Positions 20,001-25,648 of a stretch of 26,605 nucleotides of DNA are shown here, one piece after another. The DNA comes from a virus. Lineage: Duplodnaviria > Caudoviricetes. Both the position numbers and the translations under genes were made by a program. Each line of letters begins with the position of its first letter. Position 1 is the first letter of the stretch. The notes under the pieces were generated by a model, which worked only from the letters and a program-made list of their open reading frames with translations, was not told where the DNA came from and did not search any database. The stretch lies in IMG/VR virus record IMGVR_UViG_3300037465_000671, positions 1 to 26,605 of that record; one strand, written 5' to 3'.

Positions 20001-20639
20001 TAAATAAGTTCTAGCGGTTGCTCCTATGGCTTTTAAAGGAGCGGTAAATATATTGCCAAGCAAGTTGCCTTTAGCCTCGCTGCTAGCCTCGCTGCGGTCT
20101 TTTTTAAGGGCATTATAAACCTGGCTTTCCAGTTTAGAGGCAAAAGTATTGCCAAGGCGATCGAATCCTTTCTCGTTAACTGACACCAATTTATTATTAG
20201 TATTAAAAGATTGCTGCAAGCCATTGCTGACGGTGTTTCCTGTCGCATTAATTGCTTGAGACTGATTTTGCAGCAATCCGCCTAAACGGCTTAATTCGGC
20301 AACAATTAAATGGCAGCACTCATCTTTATCTTTACCCGTGCCAGCATTCTTCGTTCTAGAGCCGTAGTTGCTGTAGTTGCTGTAGTTGCTGTAGTTGCTG
20401 TAGTTGCTGTAGTTGCTGTAGTTGCTGTAGTTGCTGTAGTTGCTGTAGTTGCTGTAGTTGCTGTAGTTGCTGGCATTTCCCGAACCTTTAAACGCTAATT
20501 TATCTTGCCCTCTGACAACTACTTCAACCGTCATCTTTCTGGGGCGCTCGATACTCTGGTCTATTCGCTTCATTTGGGCTTCAAACCTGGCGAGATTAGC
20601 CGTGATATCTACAGCAACGGTGTCTAAAGAAATAGCCAT
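8088..20639 (-). CDS. Giant tail tape measure protein (4183 aa)
   Basis: N-terminal LDTVAVDITAN; SPSKK motif; tape-measure motif QMISKGKVSAEELRQQLSESLPGA (~aa 2174); hydrophobic helices; long coiled coils; C-terminal FDDGGTV, YANGGTV and SPDADSFRKSQSQ; lies downstream of the chaperone pair. Confidence 0.93.
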   Translation of the reverse strand: MAISLDTVAVDITANLARFEAQMKRIDQSIERPRKMTVEVVVRGQDKLAFKGSGNASNYSNYSNYSNYSNYSNYSNYSNYSNYSNYSNYSNYGSRTKNAGTGKDKDECCHLIVAELSRLGGLLQNQSQAINATGNTVSNGLQQSFNTNNKLVSVNEKGFDRLGNTFASKLESQVYNALKKDRSEASSEAKGNLLGNIFTAPLKAIGATARTYLDQTIRQQAKADFDTTNKHLIVEFKGRALEFGDYFAKELLSYEDGIEGLKADWQAFGKQASDFFHPEPFFTAMGKVEDVFAVFIRDVIYDDLGKAISSRIDLLKNGLGSKLSLMSNALTPMGAKGVNQKSLQTGIAEEGSTDYAKAIIAKVVEISEREIRKDLGDEATEEEVKTKAFEMRNAVKGSPKKWGARELANAVEQASYEVLNESGLKDFLRHATLLGNIFRVSTNFLRKANAIQMNVEAEKLADSFADLVPELVDANSSLTIYANAISDFGRGAEEHFPVIRSLFPGSQAITATNPTYNPFHTDLNNLNPFQSLFVPIAEALGKQLTPEPSPEEAAKHKALNYNRIPNSYIDLVSGLVMGYSTEAVRMMAIRKAAQKKGYADENIQYAGFSWGTQVIRNTAKALEFLGEEAKAVGFGIGDYLKPVTGKPSSYFSVVAEQDALNNPLFSGMFGGTKSQAADLIVPRLDVQSDSHALGQIVPHPQVAAELHKRGFKGVVKEFVAETSQALKDEFMNQTKYVYPYRQMMALEDLESGKDPMSRIHGGAFYRRDKLQEGNFSALMFQDIANVLSMFTKSERAFKSIKGQMEITPQLAAGLEIGKNYKTTIASLAKTLGINQSTEKGLGSEFKSLGQAIAATQSLEKINKEALELIEAMQLADDVSTEFAEAMAANSKALKLLQTEELAKAIKTVEEAISETTSSTIKPALQQLAMSLKGGVFEGFNADFTKHLPENIRKYFTLENRETNTPDLPLQIYPKATDPQILAEIAKYNEQYFAKAKAKKTIAGIKNSETAGETELPQAVPQAGIKLEKPFDRLIKVLQNLDLTVLAIAQHIGAIARQEEKLEDAWSESRPVIADISIAPEAAIARQEEKLEDAWGESRPVIADISIAPEVTIIKTSLDNLAAVLNHGVDRLNQGTDLINKRFNLSIPRLGKLSEDNPNIRIDLEFDPHKAAYNLGVLAGELWRPGEFVLNNASRGLNKGIDWGRRGINKAFDRFGFDYQVPEFGKIDLRSTQLGKAYTEQEIKLRAYLKKSAEDFLYVLNHFISGTIVTVHRGWTQLKAVEKPVLNALPFGQATRDLGANFLLPMAGMMGVNAATGGTAGQVIHTLTDLLVSPISSAVGEGVTASLISIPGRIGSALGSLPIFQTTAARAIGSGLVQAGHFAGNIPGVHGIVTGASEFAASIPSAIDRAVSGMTKAVLTGGIDLGIAGAGKKTIETALGKIAEHSYSATNQLMPAEGEELKKLNQLLSKQQQIEAAKSKSKPTLNQQISQQRKKGDDLLNAGLIEQAIAHQQHVVEVAAKNLDEKTKVVRSKPKEERTKGEESLGMANAAVQLKAAKGQLKKFSEAKEIIENAIAVLNDFSNQPEADISTALERIGKIRNSLFKTIESMIANTKPGEANLGVSMLFQYLDAQSKAANEAVKKLSGKASSKDLKKQLASYQKESAKIADFIAKGLEMGLFVSSAVDAGEALGKGAIEGLKKGADVRSPSKKAIAIAHFIVQGLEIGLGNGLGRLAVKGKSVADAIMESLHHSAAKGQPSIEELDRLKIFYKGAQQQLKRDQENLKTTLATLEVQWKAIKTKRLQLAADLKAGIISPAFASRKDFSLQLQQQSIEAQVKNTTAGFAVRSQNDKAYLATLKADMAALWKTEEVQLRVALGLLEKVKAGNTNAIAPLEKALARLANLRIGKQPSKATTALAAHIDPIVSSLVNSDSTQKAAIALRLANQQIALAASNNPALAAVGKVWGSQLERSIDLYFTGNAIASKIKTNLGKVKTKLNGFVAEIKKEFGNLPTDINLDPNRFNTAMDMAKQLRHQLNQLFNTDFIQSAIDMGKAIGITGERLVFLGLSAAGITLVTTAFVRFGRQALETAKNVAFFAQSMDAFKGGNAETFIDRLKDKAIDLRSTLQGTPQLLAASYQTPLEGRADLFASLSESLTLMGISGQAQERSLSAVTQMISKGKVSAEELRQQLSESLPGAIQIFARALNQAPAELLRNVKAGAIGYEEVIRFIQQLDKESQVFASSEIGRATKVQNAWRNLGFSLERSLGKGMFDAMAGSAGILIPLFNTLGNALEFAAANAGNLIIAFTVLAAVNLVTFLAHLIKHAIETGTQFGLLAKQIGLLKAVMSGVSAVALQGAAFAGIFALVDAIGAGFNLIVKKTPEVIDKLGQLDKTVEKLGAREKPFKSGSWFYDSLADLTRLIDAPFGGREGINERRKKMGLKEMSHEEYEENINPVASMSSQQALEKYRKNAEDLATVLRNVRSKVIKLEVDPSAIEKYREKLKAIEITQGEIQLSLVENRLTPEERSNLKLKLEQLEAEKAEIKINLIPGGDISWLERQIETLKKTKEVLDEKGALDPVTASNIDKQIANIRGILDTVNRFWKSIENGTQNTTNALKELGFEFANIKASLELGEAMVKGNVAKRILDREILPEREGLANAEAGAINAEARYRAVDDQLKKIKHAILSTKEADQKFIETLAKKPLHAIGAGDIERLKELKEVFQFTPEQDALLTGLEQFNQLTTEAEQASLGFNEALVQQQKAADDYKRSLHGLSDALAVQEARFKGLKIDLVDEKSIERSLDTAKSILTNQLPPAMADAMQQANQRLDLKSTARVLDALVRTIARQLKQSAPAMQKELAEFGFNLDPFKLTNKQLEELAVKLEQTDKKLPVSGNLKAFASGLIRLKEASRESQKALADYYNAEIQAQGIFRSNGELVAAYAVRLKELVYSYDDLSRSIDEFYLKQQVAIANSGFTKGFAEFKLADIDFSKQKARIENLGKELASTIKEATSKLLPDEMTEVFKALGGSPLTASFSQVQSANDRVNAGLIRTHGATKDYLATLLDLKSKQRDLATESLAYWRELGERRLPAATAALNKAMAAIASKEFDLSAAAKLNKASVYREAYQQGQTKEQFEAAEKILTVQNLRQEIELRRQIIEMRRKAIAMGLHKEELADLRQLLGGDPLKASRYQIEKAILDVDATSKARSDNVKQRLQQLKDISTSQLDLIDQGSDIFKQLIDIASERKTVLKDIASTQKEMGDLGREISKANRDYQKSLRDLGKEYSKAIDDIKKQTRDLQLEIQKLARENAILPLKTQLLKSGAGVDSPAVKLAEWFSGLLDELDTVGRGTKAKGEELQQKLEELQERRSELYQKEIDAAEAYREKMQGFVEKQQQLNEKMAELQQKLSTLNLTESVLKQAASELQSGSSNLIDSGNVLANAGQQLTNAAAHLQGLDPSKLGGGIASAIGNNANVNAVSSNAVSSNAVSSNAVSGGGFAINPAAKSQFDFFKAQYKTIQQQIVSVQQQLKNEVVYDGQEWANKYGYEMRNLARYQQGQNHLSPKGQQLQGELQRLNNELRGAYGQMKTASDRLYTWVGGGNATSDNRNYYATYPQQSGAAAGSSGLPGNIADNRYPPPEADYKPYKPVTSFLQRANQQKLDSQIAGFAQTVRQYRAVAAQNETIKRDSILTSRIAEANAQILDLAKRRRDLLKQGEEAQRKVAEILLKYGGGQTIDEQAALAGQVAVREIQDRIDSMADLMETLKKSEGAIDPQKLFAAFDTLEIKPEERSEIEATVKAYSAGAISYQQMMKKVSTILQTSIDKLEGIKDLARFTESTRTRLQKQLDQMTIFGDLSKQLFDARSQGLGEWISPYYKAARQAEFDLQMLPFNQQIRRIETFDKAKAAGILDPDRLQQISNLLDQIDAQELSNIKDRFNSLALEIRDGVGRNLEGALSSFFRFEAGLLGSLGNLAKGVLQMFADMAAKMASMKIVQWLFGDFLGIGGGSTPMFGGGGGGGGGGALSSGLSALAGAAVGNFDDGGTVGISMNSVATDALSLGLGIKRAMALEGVGAIPVVARANEEILTDKNGDAQFYRALKANGDWVKMKANTQVDRYANGGTVGNVNYASTIAPVSRRGKGEGDRNITIQNQFKVYSPDADSFRKSQSQTLRDYSSRLESARNKFE
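10164..10220. repeat. 15-bp in-frame tandem repeat (NAVSS x3.8) in the tape measure gene
   Basis: GCTGACGGCATTGCT units read directly. Confidence 0.9.
17312..17484. repeat. 87-bp in-frame tandem duplication in the tape measure gene
   Basis: Encodes AIARQEEKLEDAW(S/G)ESRPVIADISIAPE twice; units start at 17312 and 17399. Confidence 0.93.
20364..20471. repeat. Perfect 9-bp tandem repeat GTAGTTGCT x12, encoding (SNY)12 near the tape measure N-terminus
   Basis: 108 bp, no mismatches, read directly. Confidence 0.97.
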
Positions 20640-20641
20640 TT

Positions 20642-20965
20642 TTAGTAGCCCTCAGAAATATCGGGTAAATCTATCGTTTGTCCTGCAAGCTGGTGAGAAC
20701 AATCAGACAAATAACGAATCTCGCCATCGGTCACATAGCAATGGCAAATTCTATTTTTATCTGCTTGGCTTGGTACTTGCACTTTTAAAAAAATACTAGG
20801 AGTAAAGGTAGGCAAATCTAAGTTGCCGTTAAATTGCCATTTAGCGCCCATCGAGTTGGCGTAAGGCGCAACAGTAACGGCGTGGTAATCTTGGCAGCCA
20901 GGACACCAAAAATGGTAGCCCTCTACTTCATTCGATGAATTGACAAAGGCTTCCAGTTTAGCCAT
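20642..20965 (-). CDS. DUF6527-like small Cys/His metal-binding protein
   Basis: FWCPGC...H...WQFNGNLDLPTFTPSI...CHCYVTDGEIRYLSDCSHQLAGQT. The family name is from motif recall. Confidence 0.7.
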   Translation of the reverse strand: MAKLEAFVNSSNEVEGYHFWCPGCQDYHAVTVAPYANSMGAKWQFNGNLDLPTFTPSIFLKVQVPSQADKNRICHCYVTDGEIRYLSDCSHQLAGQTIDLPDISEGY

Positions 20966-21377
20966 AAGCGATCGCCTGCAAGTCTTCTAAATAACTAGTT
21001 ATTACTGCTATTGCTGTATTGCCTGCTTGCTTGTACTCTTTTAATACTTGTCTTGCCGTTTCTTTCGATACGTGCAATCTAGGAGATGTCTTTTTGGCAG
21101 CAGCAGGAAAAGGCAAGAAATTAGTAAAGTGAGAATCGGTATTTTTTTCGGAATTAGCCCTCAAGAACATATCGCTCAATCGAGCCAAAGTAACCTGGTT
21201 TTGATTGTGATAGTTTTGGACGGCATCCAAACCTTGCTTGACTAACCACATCGGCAAAGTGCCAAAGTTATCGGGATTGAAACGCCGATCGCTGCCGCCT
21301 AAAACTACTACTAACTGCCAGTAAATACTCGCCCAAGGACTACTCGAAGACTGCTGGTTTATCAGGTCAGTTATAAT
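20958..21377 (-). CDS. Tail assembly chaperone, second (gpT-like) frame, reached by -1 frameshift
   Basis: The -1 frame is open from the slippery site (IITDLINQQSSSSPWASIYWQLVVVLGGSDRRFNPDNFGTLPMW...) into the listed 99-aa ORF. Confidence 0.8.
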   Translation of the reverse strand: MITDLINQQSSSSPWASIYWQLVVVLGGSDRRFNPDNFGTLPMWLVKQGLDAVQNYHNQNQVTLARLSDMFLRANSEKNTDSHFTNFLPFPAAAKKTSPRLHVSKETARQVLKEYKQAGNTAIAVITSYLEDLQAIAYG

Positions 21378-22090
21378 TTTGGGGCATCTTCACCATTTTC
21401 CACTTTGCTTTGTACGTCGCTTTGTACGTCGCTTTGTACGTCTAGTGCGTCTTTTGGTTCGATACCATTATTTGTCTCTTTGGCAATGAATTTACTTAAT
21501 TCTTTAATTTGCTTCCTTAGCAGCATATTTGTATTGTCTAAATCCCAGTTAGGATCTAGGCGAGATTTGAGAAAATAGGTGATTCGCAACGAGTCGATCT
21601 CAATGTCGTTATCGAGCAAAGCAGCAGTTGTTATCAAGTCTTGGACTTCTTGCTGATAGGTCAAGATAAACTCTTGATATTCGTCAGATTCAGCTAATTC
21701 TTCTGTAGGCTTGATAACGGCCTGCCTGCCTTCTGAAAGTTTGGATAAACCTAGTGCTTCTTTAGCTTTTTGCCCCAACTGAGTCAGCATTACCTGGATC
21801 TTAATTTGATCGTTTCTCAGCGTTGCCAAATGCTCGAAAAACCAAGCTTCACGCTGAAGTAAATCGTCGTACTTAGTTAATTCGATTCCAGCGACAATCA
21901 CTTTTTCTCCTGGCGGCAAAGGAGAATTAAAGTTAATATTTACTGGGATTCGACTTTCACTCGATACCTTTTTGACGTAATTAATTAGATTGCTAGATAC
22001 ATTCTCTTTTTTGTGAACTAATTCTAAATCAGTCGTAGACTGTCCGTTATTAGCAATAATTGCATTATCTTTATCGGTTTTAACAGCCAT
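21371..22090 (-). CDS. Tail assembly chaperone (gpG-like)
   Basis: Lies between the tail tube and tape measure genes, has a GAGG ribosome binding site, and ends ...APKL* over a slippery heptamer. Confidence 0.78.
   Translation of the reverse strand: MAVKTDKDNAIIANNGQSTTDLELVHKKENVSSNLINYVKKVSSESRIPVNINFNSPLPPGEKVIVAGIELTKYDDLLQREAWFFEHLATLRNDQIKIQVMLTQLGQKAKEALGLSKLSEGRQAVIKPTEELAESDEYQEFILTYQQEVQDLITTAALLDNDIEIDSLRITYFLKSRLDPNWDLDNTNMLLRKQIKELSKFIAKETNNGIEPKDALDVQSDVQSDVQSKVENGEDAPKL
21377..21383 (-). other. Programmed -1 ribosomal frameshift site C CCA AAA
   Basis: X XXY YYZ heptamer in the correct phase, separated from the stop by one codon. Confidence 0.8.
21407..21442. repeat. 12-bp in-frame tandem repeat x3 (DVQS)
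   Basis: GCTTTGTACGTC x3. Confidence 0.9.
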
Positions 22091-22102
22091 TGTTTTTAGC
22101 CT

Positions 22103-22321
22103 CTAAACTATACTTAGTATAATGTTCTCTGCAGCAAAAGGAATATCTCGATCGCACATGGCGTCGGGTATCCTTACTCTGTACATATTACCAGAACTAG
22201 TATCGGTAAGATTTTGAAACGGAGTTAAATTTTCTCCAACGATCGCTAGTTCGGCAAATATTTTAGACCTAGTGACTTCGTAGCCCCAAATTACTAACTG
22301 CTGCGATCGATTAACCAGCAT
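22103..22321 (-). CDS. Hypothetical protein
   Basis: ATG start, tightly packed in the operon and overlapping the upstream stop. Confidence 0.55.
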   Translation of the reverse strand: MLVNRSQQLVIWGYEVTRSKIFAELAIVGENLTPFQNLTDTSSGNMYRVRIPDAMCDRDIPFAAENIILSIV

Positions 22322-22727
22322 TTAGATCCAACTCAAAATCTAAATCTAAATCTAAAGTAAGTTGAACGCATGCTTTTTTTCGTTCTTTTCGTTGGCTTGC
22401 GGCAAGGGAGCGCGTATCGGCAAAAAACTCGTCGCAATATTGCTCGTAAAGCCTAGCTAACTCTCTAGCGCTAAAAGGAGTATGCTTGGCAATTCTAGCT
22501 AGTTCCCAAGCTCTTTTGGCAGGCGACCTGACTTCCCTGTAGAGGCTAGAGAGTAAGTTCATGCAGGCTTCAAAGCTAAGATATTCTTCCCGTTGGCGGT
22601 TTTTTTTTCGGTCGATTGGAACTACCGCGCTAAAGCGCTTTTGCACGTCCTTAGCAGCAAGGGCAAAAATCCGATCGAGATTAGAGCGATCGAGATTAGA
22701 GCGATCGAACTGAGTTAATGCCAGCAT
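22311..22727 (-). CDS. Hypothetical protein
   Basis: 138-aa ORF collinear with the operon. The N-terminus contains a 15-bp tandem repeat (22672-22708). Confidence 0.55.
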   Translation of the reverse strand: MLALTQFDRSNLDRSNLDRIFALAAKDVQKRFSAVVPIDRKKNRQREEYLSFEACMNLLSSLYREVRSPAKRAWELARIAKHTPFSARELARLYEQYCDEFFADTRSLAASQRKERKKACVQLTLDLDLDFELDLNAG

Positions 22728-22839
22728 CTACCATCTACCATCTACCATCTACCATCTACCATCTACAGCCTACAGCCTACAGCCTACAGCCTACAGCCTA
22801 CAACCTACAGCCTACAACCTACAGCCTACAACCTACAAC
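22728..22839. repeat. STRR-like heptamer array: CTACCAT x5, then CTACAGC/CTACAAC x11
   Basis: 16 consecutive 7-mers fill the whole intergenic space. Confidence 0.95.
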
Positions 22840-23105
22840 AGCAGCATTTTTAAGTAATCGATCGCTTCAGGATCGGTAAAGCGAACTCCCCTCACTAACA
22901 CCCCATTACCAGGGTGAACGTCGTCTATCAATACTCCAAAACCTTCTTCGCTATTAGTATAAAATCCTGGATCTTGCCAATATACGAAATACAAAGTCAA
23001 GCTTTCGTCAGAAAGTTTTATCTCCCCCACCCATGCTAGGTTAATAGCGTGGCGATCGACTACCAAGAAACCATTCTTTAAATTAATTCTGTTTCTAGCT
23101 GCCAT
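22833..23105 (-). CDS. Hypothetical protein
   Basis: 90-aa ATG ORF in operon orientation. Confidence 0.6.
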   Translation of the reverse strand: MAARNRINLKNGFLVVDRHAINLAWVGEIKLSDESLTLYFVYWQDPGFYTNSEEGFGVLIDDVHPGNGVLVRGVRFTDPEAIDYLKMLLL

Positions 23106-23138
23106 TTTATTGACTTCTCTATTTTATTTTTTTGCCTT

Positions 23139-24518
23139 TTAACCGAATTCAATTACTCTAACCGTCATGCCGCAAGAATCAGCAGCCGATATATTGGCAA
23201 GATCTAGCAATCTTAAAACCGTCCCCGCTGGTAGTTCTTGGTTGCCAATATTAACCAATAAAACTCCCCCTCTAGCAGCAGTATAATCCGCCCCTTGTCG
23301 GACAAAATCATAAACTCTATTGGTAATGGGCGCTTGAGCTACCGCCCCTACCCCTAAATGTCCCAATACGGTACTGCCACTACCTTCTACTTTCAACCCT
23401 ATGGACCTATTACCAGGAGTTGCACTGCTGCTATAAATAGCATTTACCCCTTGAATAAAGCACCGTTTGGGTAAAGTGATAGTCCGAGAATTGCCCGTCG
23501 CCAAAGGCAAGAAATAAGTATTTGGAGTAGATGTCAACGCGCTTCTTAGTTCCGCTAGATTGCCGCCAGACTCTAAGGCTAAAGCAGACGTATTGAGATT
23601 ATCCCCAGCATCGGCAACAACAGGAATTCGCCCCGCAGCTAAGCTAGGTATCCTATTGAGGAGGATATTGAATTGGGACAAGAACCGCTTGATCAAAGCG
23701 ATTACTCCAAAGCTCCCAGTATCGCTGGTTGCGGCCGCATCGCTTTGATGCCCTACATTTGCTAATAATTGGTCGTTGGGATCGGCTAGATCTGCGGGCA
23801 ATGGAGCAGAAGCGATCGCACTACTCGTAGTAAGGTTGTACCAAGTGCTGCTCAGTACTGCTCCATTGCCATCGGTATCAAAAATGATTGTATTGATCAG
23901 CCAATCCCCAGGGCTATATCCAGTGCCACTTTCTTGGGCTTTCCAGCGATCGCTTCTTATCTGCCTGTCATTTGCCCCCAATACGGGAATCGATCCGGCA
24001 GGCAGACTGCCGACGATCGTATTATCTGATAAACGAGTATAGATCGTACTGACGCTACCGTCGTCTTGACTCCTTACCCTTTCTTCTCGATAGAAGACGG
24101 CTGCCGTACTACTTCTATCCTCCCAAAGCGTACTAGTTATGAATGCGTCATCTCGCTGTTCGGCAAGAATGGCGTCAAGAGTCGATTGCAGCCCTGCTAA
24201 ATCGGTATGCGTCGTGCCAGTATTTAGTGCTGTCAATATGCTATTTAAAGTAGCCTGTGTTGGTAAATCGATAGAGAGCTTGGTGAAGATATTAGCTAAG
24301 GAAGTAACTATGGAATTGATATCGGCGCTTCGATCGATACCCGAAGCTACGTCCGCAAGAATGCCGTCAGTAGAGCCACCACTATCACCGCTAGAAGCGC
24401 CCTTAGCTTGTTGTAAATTAGCTAAAAGCCTAACTTGAACGGGATCGACAAAGTTATTGCGATCGACTTCATCTTTAAGGGCGGCAATTTTAGCGTCAAT
24501 ATTAGGATCGAAAGCCAT
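23139..24518 (-). CDS. Probable virion structural or fibre-like protein
   Basis: 459 aa, Ser/Thr/Gly/Ala-rich. The segments SDAAATSDTGSFGVIALIKRFL and NLNTSALALESGGNLA resemble, from recall, motifs in phage structural proteins. Directly follows the tail tube gene. Confidence 0.5.
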   Translation of the reverse strand: MAFDPNIDAKIAALKDEVDRNNFVDPVQVRLLANLQQAKGASSGDSGGSTDGILADVASGIDRSADINSIVTSLANIFTKLSIDLPTQATLNSILTALNTGTTHTDLAGLQSTLDAILAEQRDDAFITSTLWEDRSSTAAVFYREERVRSQDDGSVSTIYTRLSDNTIVGSLPAGSIPVLGANDRQIRSDRWKAQESGTGYSPGDWLINTIIFDTDGNGAVLSSTWYNLTTSSAIASAPLPADLADPNDQLLANVGHQSDAAATSDTGSFGVIALIKRFLSQFNILLNRIPSLAAGRIPVVADAGDNLNTSALALESGGNLAELRSALTSTPNTYFLPLATGNSRTITLPKRCFIQGVNAIYSSSATPGNRSIGLKVEGSGSTVLGHLGVGAVAQAPITNRVYDFVRQGADYTAARGGVLLVNIGNQELPAGTVLRLLDLANISAADSCGMTVRVIEFG

Positions 24519-24610
24519 GATCTAAAAAAATAACTTGCGGCTAAAAATAAGAAATAATCTCGCTTGGGTTTCGATCGAGCAAGACTTAAACGAAAACATC
24601 AGCAAAACGC

Positions 24611-24650
24611 AAAAAAACAAAAAAACAAAAAAACAAAAAAACAAAAAAAC
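24611..24650. repeat. 8-bp tandem repeat AAAAAAAC x5
   Basis: Abuts the stop codon of the 271-aa gene and forms a U-rich tract on the coding strand. Confidence 0.92.
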
Positions 24651-25465
24651 TACGAAGTCAAAACGCTCAACCCAGCTAGTTTTCTAAGATGGTTAATGCC
24701 GTTTTGCTCGGTAGTAGAAAGATAAGGGAACAAGGTAGGCGCGTTCCATTCTCCCTGAAAATTTAGAGCGAACTGCGGCCTGGAAATTTCGTTAATATTG
24801 CCGTCGTTGGTCAACTCCATAACCTTAGCCCGACCAAAAGCGTGTTCTCCGCCATTAGGGGCGTTACGCAACATCAGCGCGTAAATATCGTTATTGGTCA
24901 TCACGACTTTGCGAACCACTTCCCAATAAGCCCGATCGCCTGGAACCGCGATCGTACTAATTTGGGGATTGAACATAATTCCTACTTTTACCTCGCTTCC
25001 CCTCAAGCCATTGCTAAGGTCTTTGCGATCGGTGTTATTGGAAGTGAGATTGAGCGGTAAGTTGGTCGGAGAAATTAGTTTTAACAGTCCCCAACTCCAT
25101 CCCAATGTAGCGCCAGCAATAACAGCAGTAGCATCTTCTATCGGTACTGTCACTGGAGTTAGCCCTACTACTGTCTCAGTGGCTACGGTAATAAAGCTAG
25201 TTGCGGCATCTATGTCAGCGCCAAAATAAACTCTGCTCCCTTGCCTCAGTCGAACTGTAGTGCCAACAGCACTAGGAACGGTAACTTTTAAGCTGGCCGT
25301 ATCGTCTCCGATCGCCACAGGCGTATCTAACTCTAAAGTGTAAACCTGGGCTTCTTCAGCACACGAAGGCATTGCCCCAAGGTATAGCGCCGATCCGGCG
25401 TTCTGAATCTCGTTGCAACTGACAATATCGGTCTTAAAAAAATCCTTGACTAGGGTAGAAGCCAT
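24650..25465 (-). CDS. Probable major tail (tube) protein
   Basis: Position upstream of the chaperones and tape measure gene, size, GAGG ribosome binding site, and a beta-rich C-terminal half ending GRAKVMELTNDGNINEISRPQFALNFQG. Confidence 0.62.
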   Translation of the reverse strand: MASTLVKDFFKTDIVSCNEIQNAGSALYLGAMPSCAEEAQVYTLELDTPVAIGDDTASLKVTVPSAVGTTVRLRQGSRVYFGADIDAATSFITVATETVVGLTPVTVPIEDATAVIAGATLGWSWGLLKLISPTNLPLNLTSNNTDRKDLSNGLRGSEVKVGIMFNPQISTIAVPGDRAYWEVVRKVVMTNNDIYALMLRNAPNGGEHAFGRAKVMELTNDGNINEISRPQFALNFQGEWNAPTLFPYLSTTEQNGINHLRKLAGLSVLTS

Positions 25466-25513
25466 AAATGAGATTTCCTCTGTAGCAATCGCGCGTTGTC
25501 TAGTGCCTATTTT

Positions 25514-25567
25514 ACAGTATTAACTGTATTGACTGTATTGACTGCATTGACTGCATTGACTGTATTA
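25514..25567. repeat. 9-bp imperfect tandem repeat ACTG(T/C)ATT(G/A) x6
   Basis: Read directly, upstream of the tail tube gene. Confidence 0.85.
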
Positions 25568-25648
25568 ACTATCAAAACCTTTGCACTTCAGTCGATCGCT
25601 ATTGCCTGCGGGCAAGTCAATAACGCCAAAAGCAAAGTCATATCGACT

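Noticed and set aside
8199-20799. Numerous plus-strand ORFs and short alternate-frame ORFs overlapping the tape measure gene
   Set aside because: These are antisense or off-frame shadows of a long coding sequence, with no recognisable motifs.
21273-21283. GGGATTGAAAC, matching the 3' end of the CRISPR repeat
   Set aside because: Only 11 nt match, the hairpin is absent, and it lies in the coding frame of the chaperone; likely chance.
23560-25229. Plus-strand ORFs opposite the 459-aa and 271-aa genes, and 21048-21245
   Set aside because: Antisense shadows of minus-strand operon genes.
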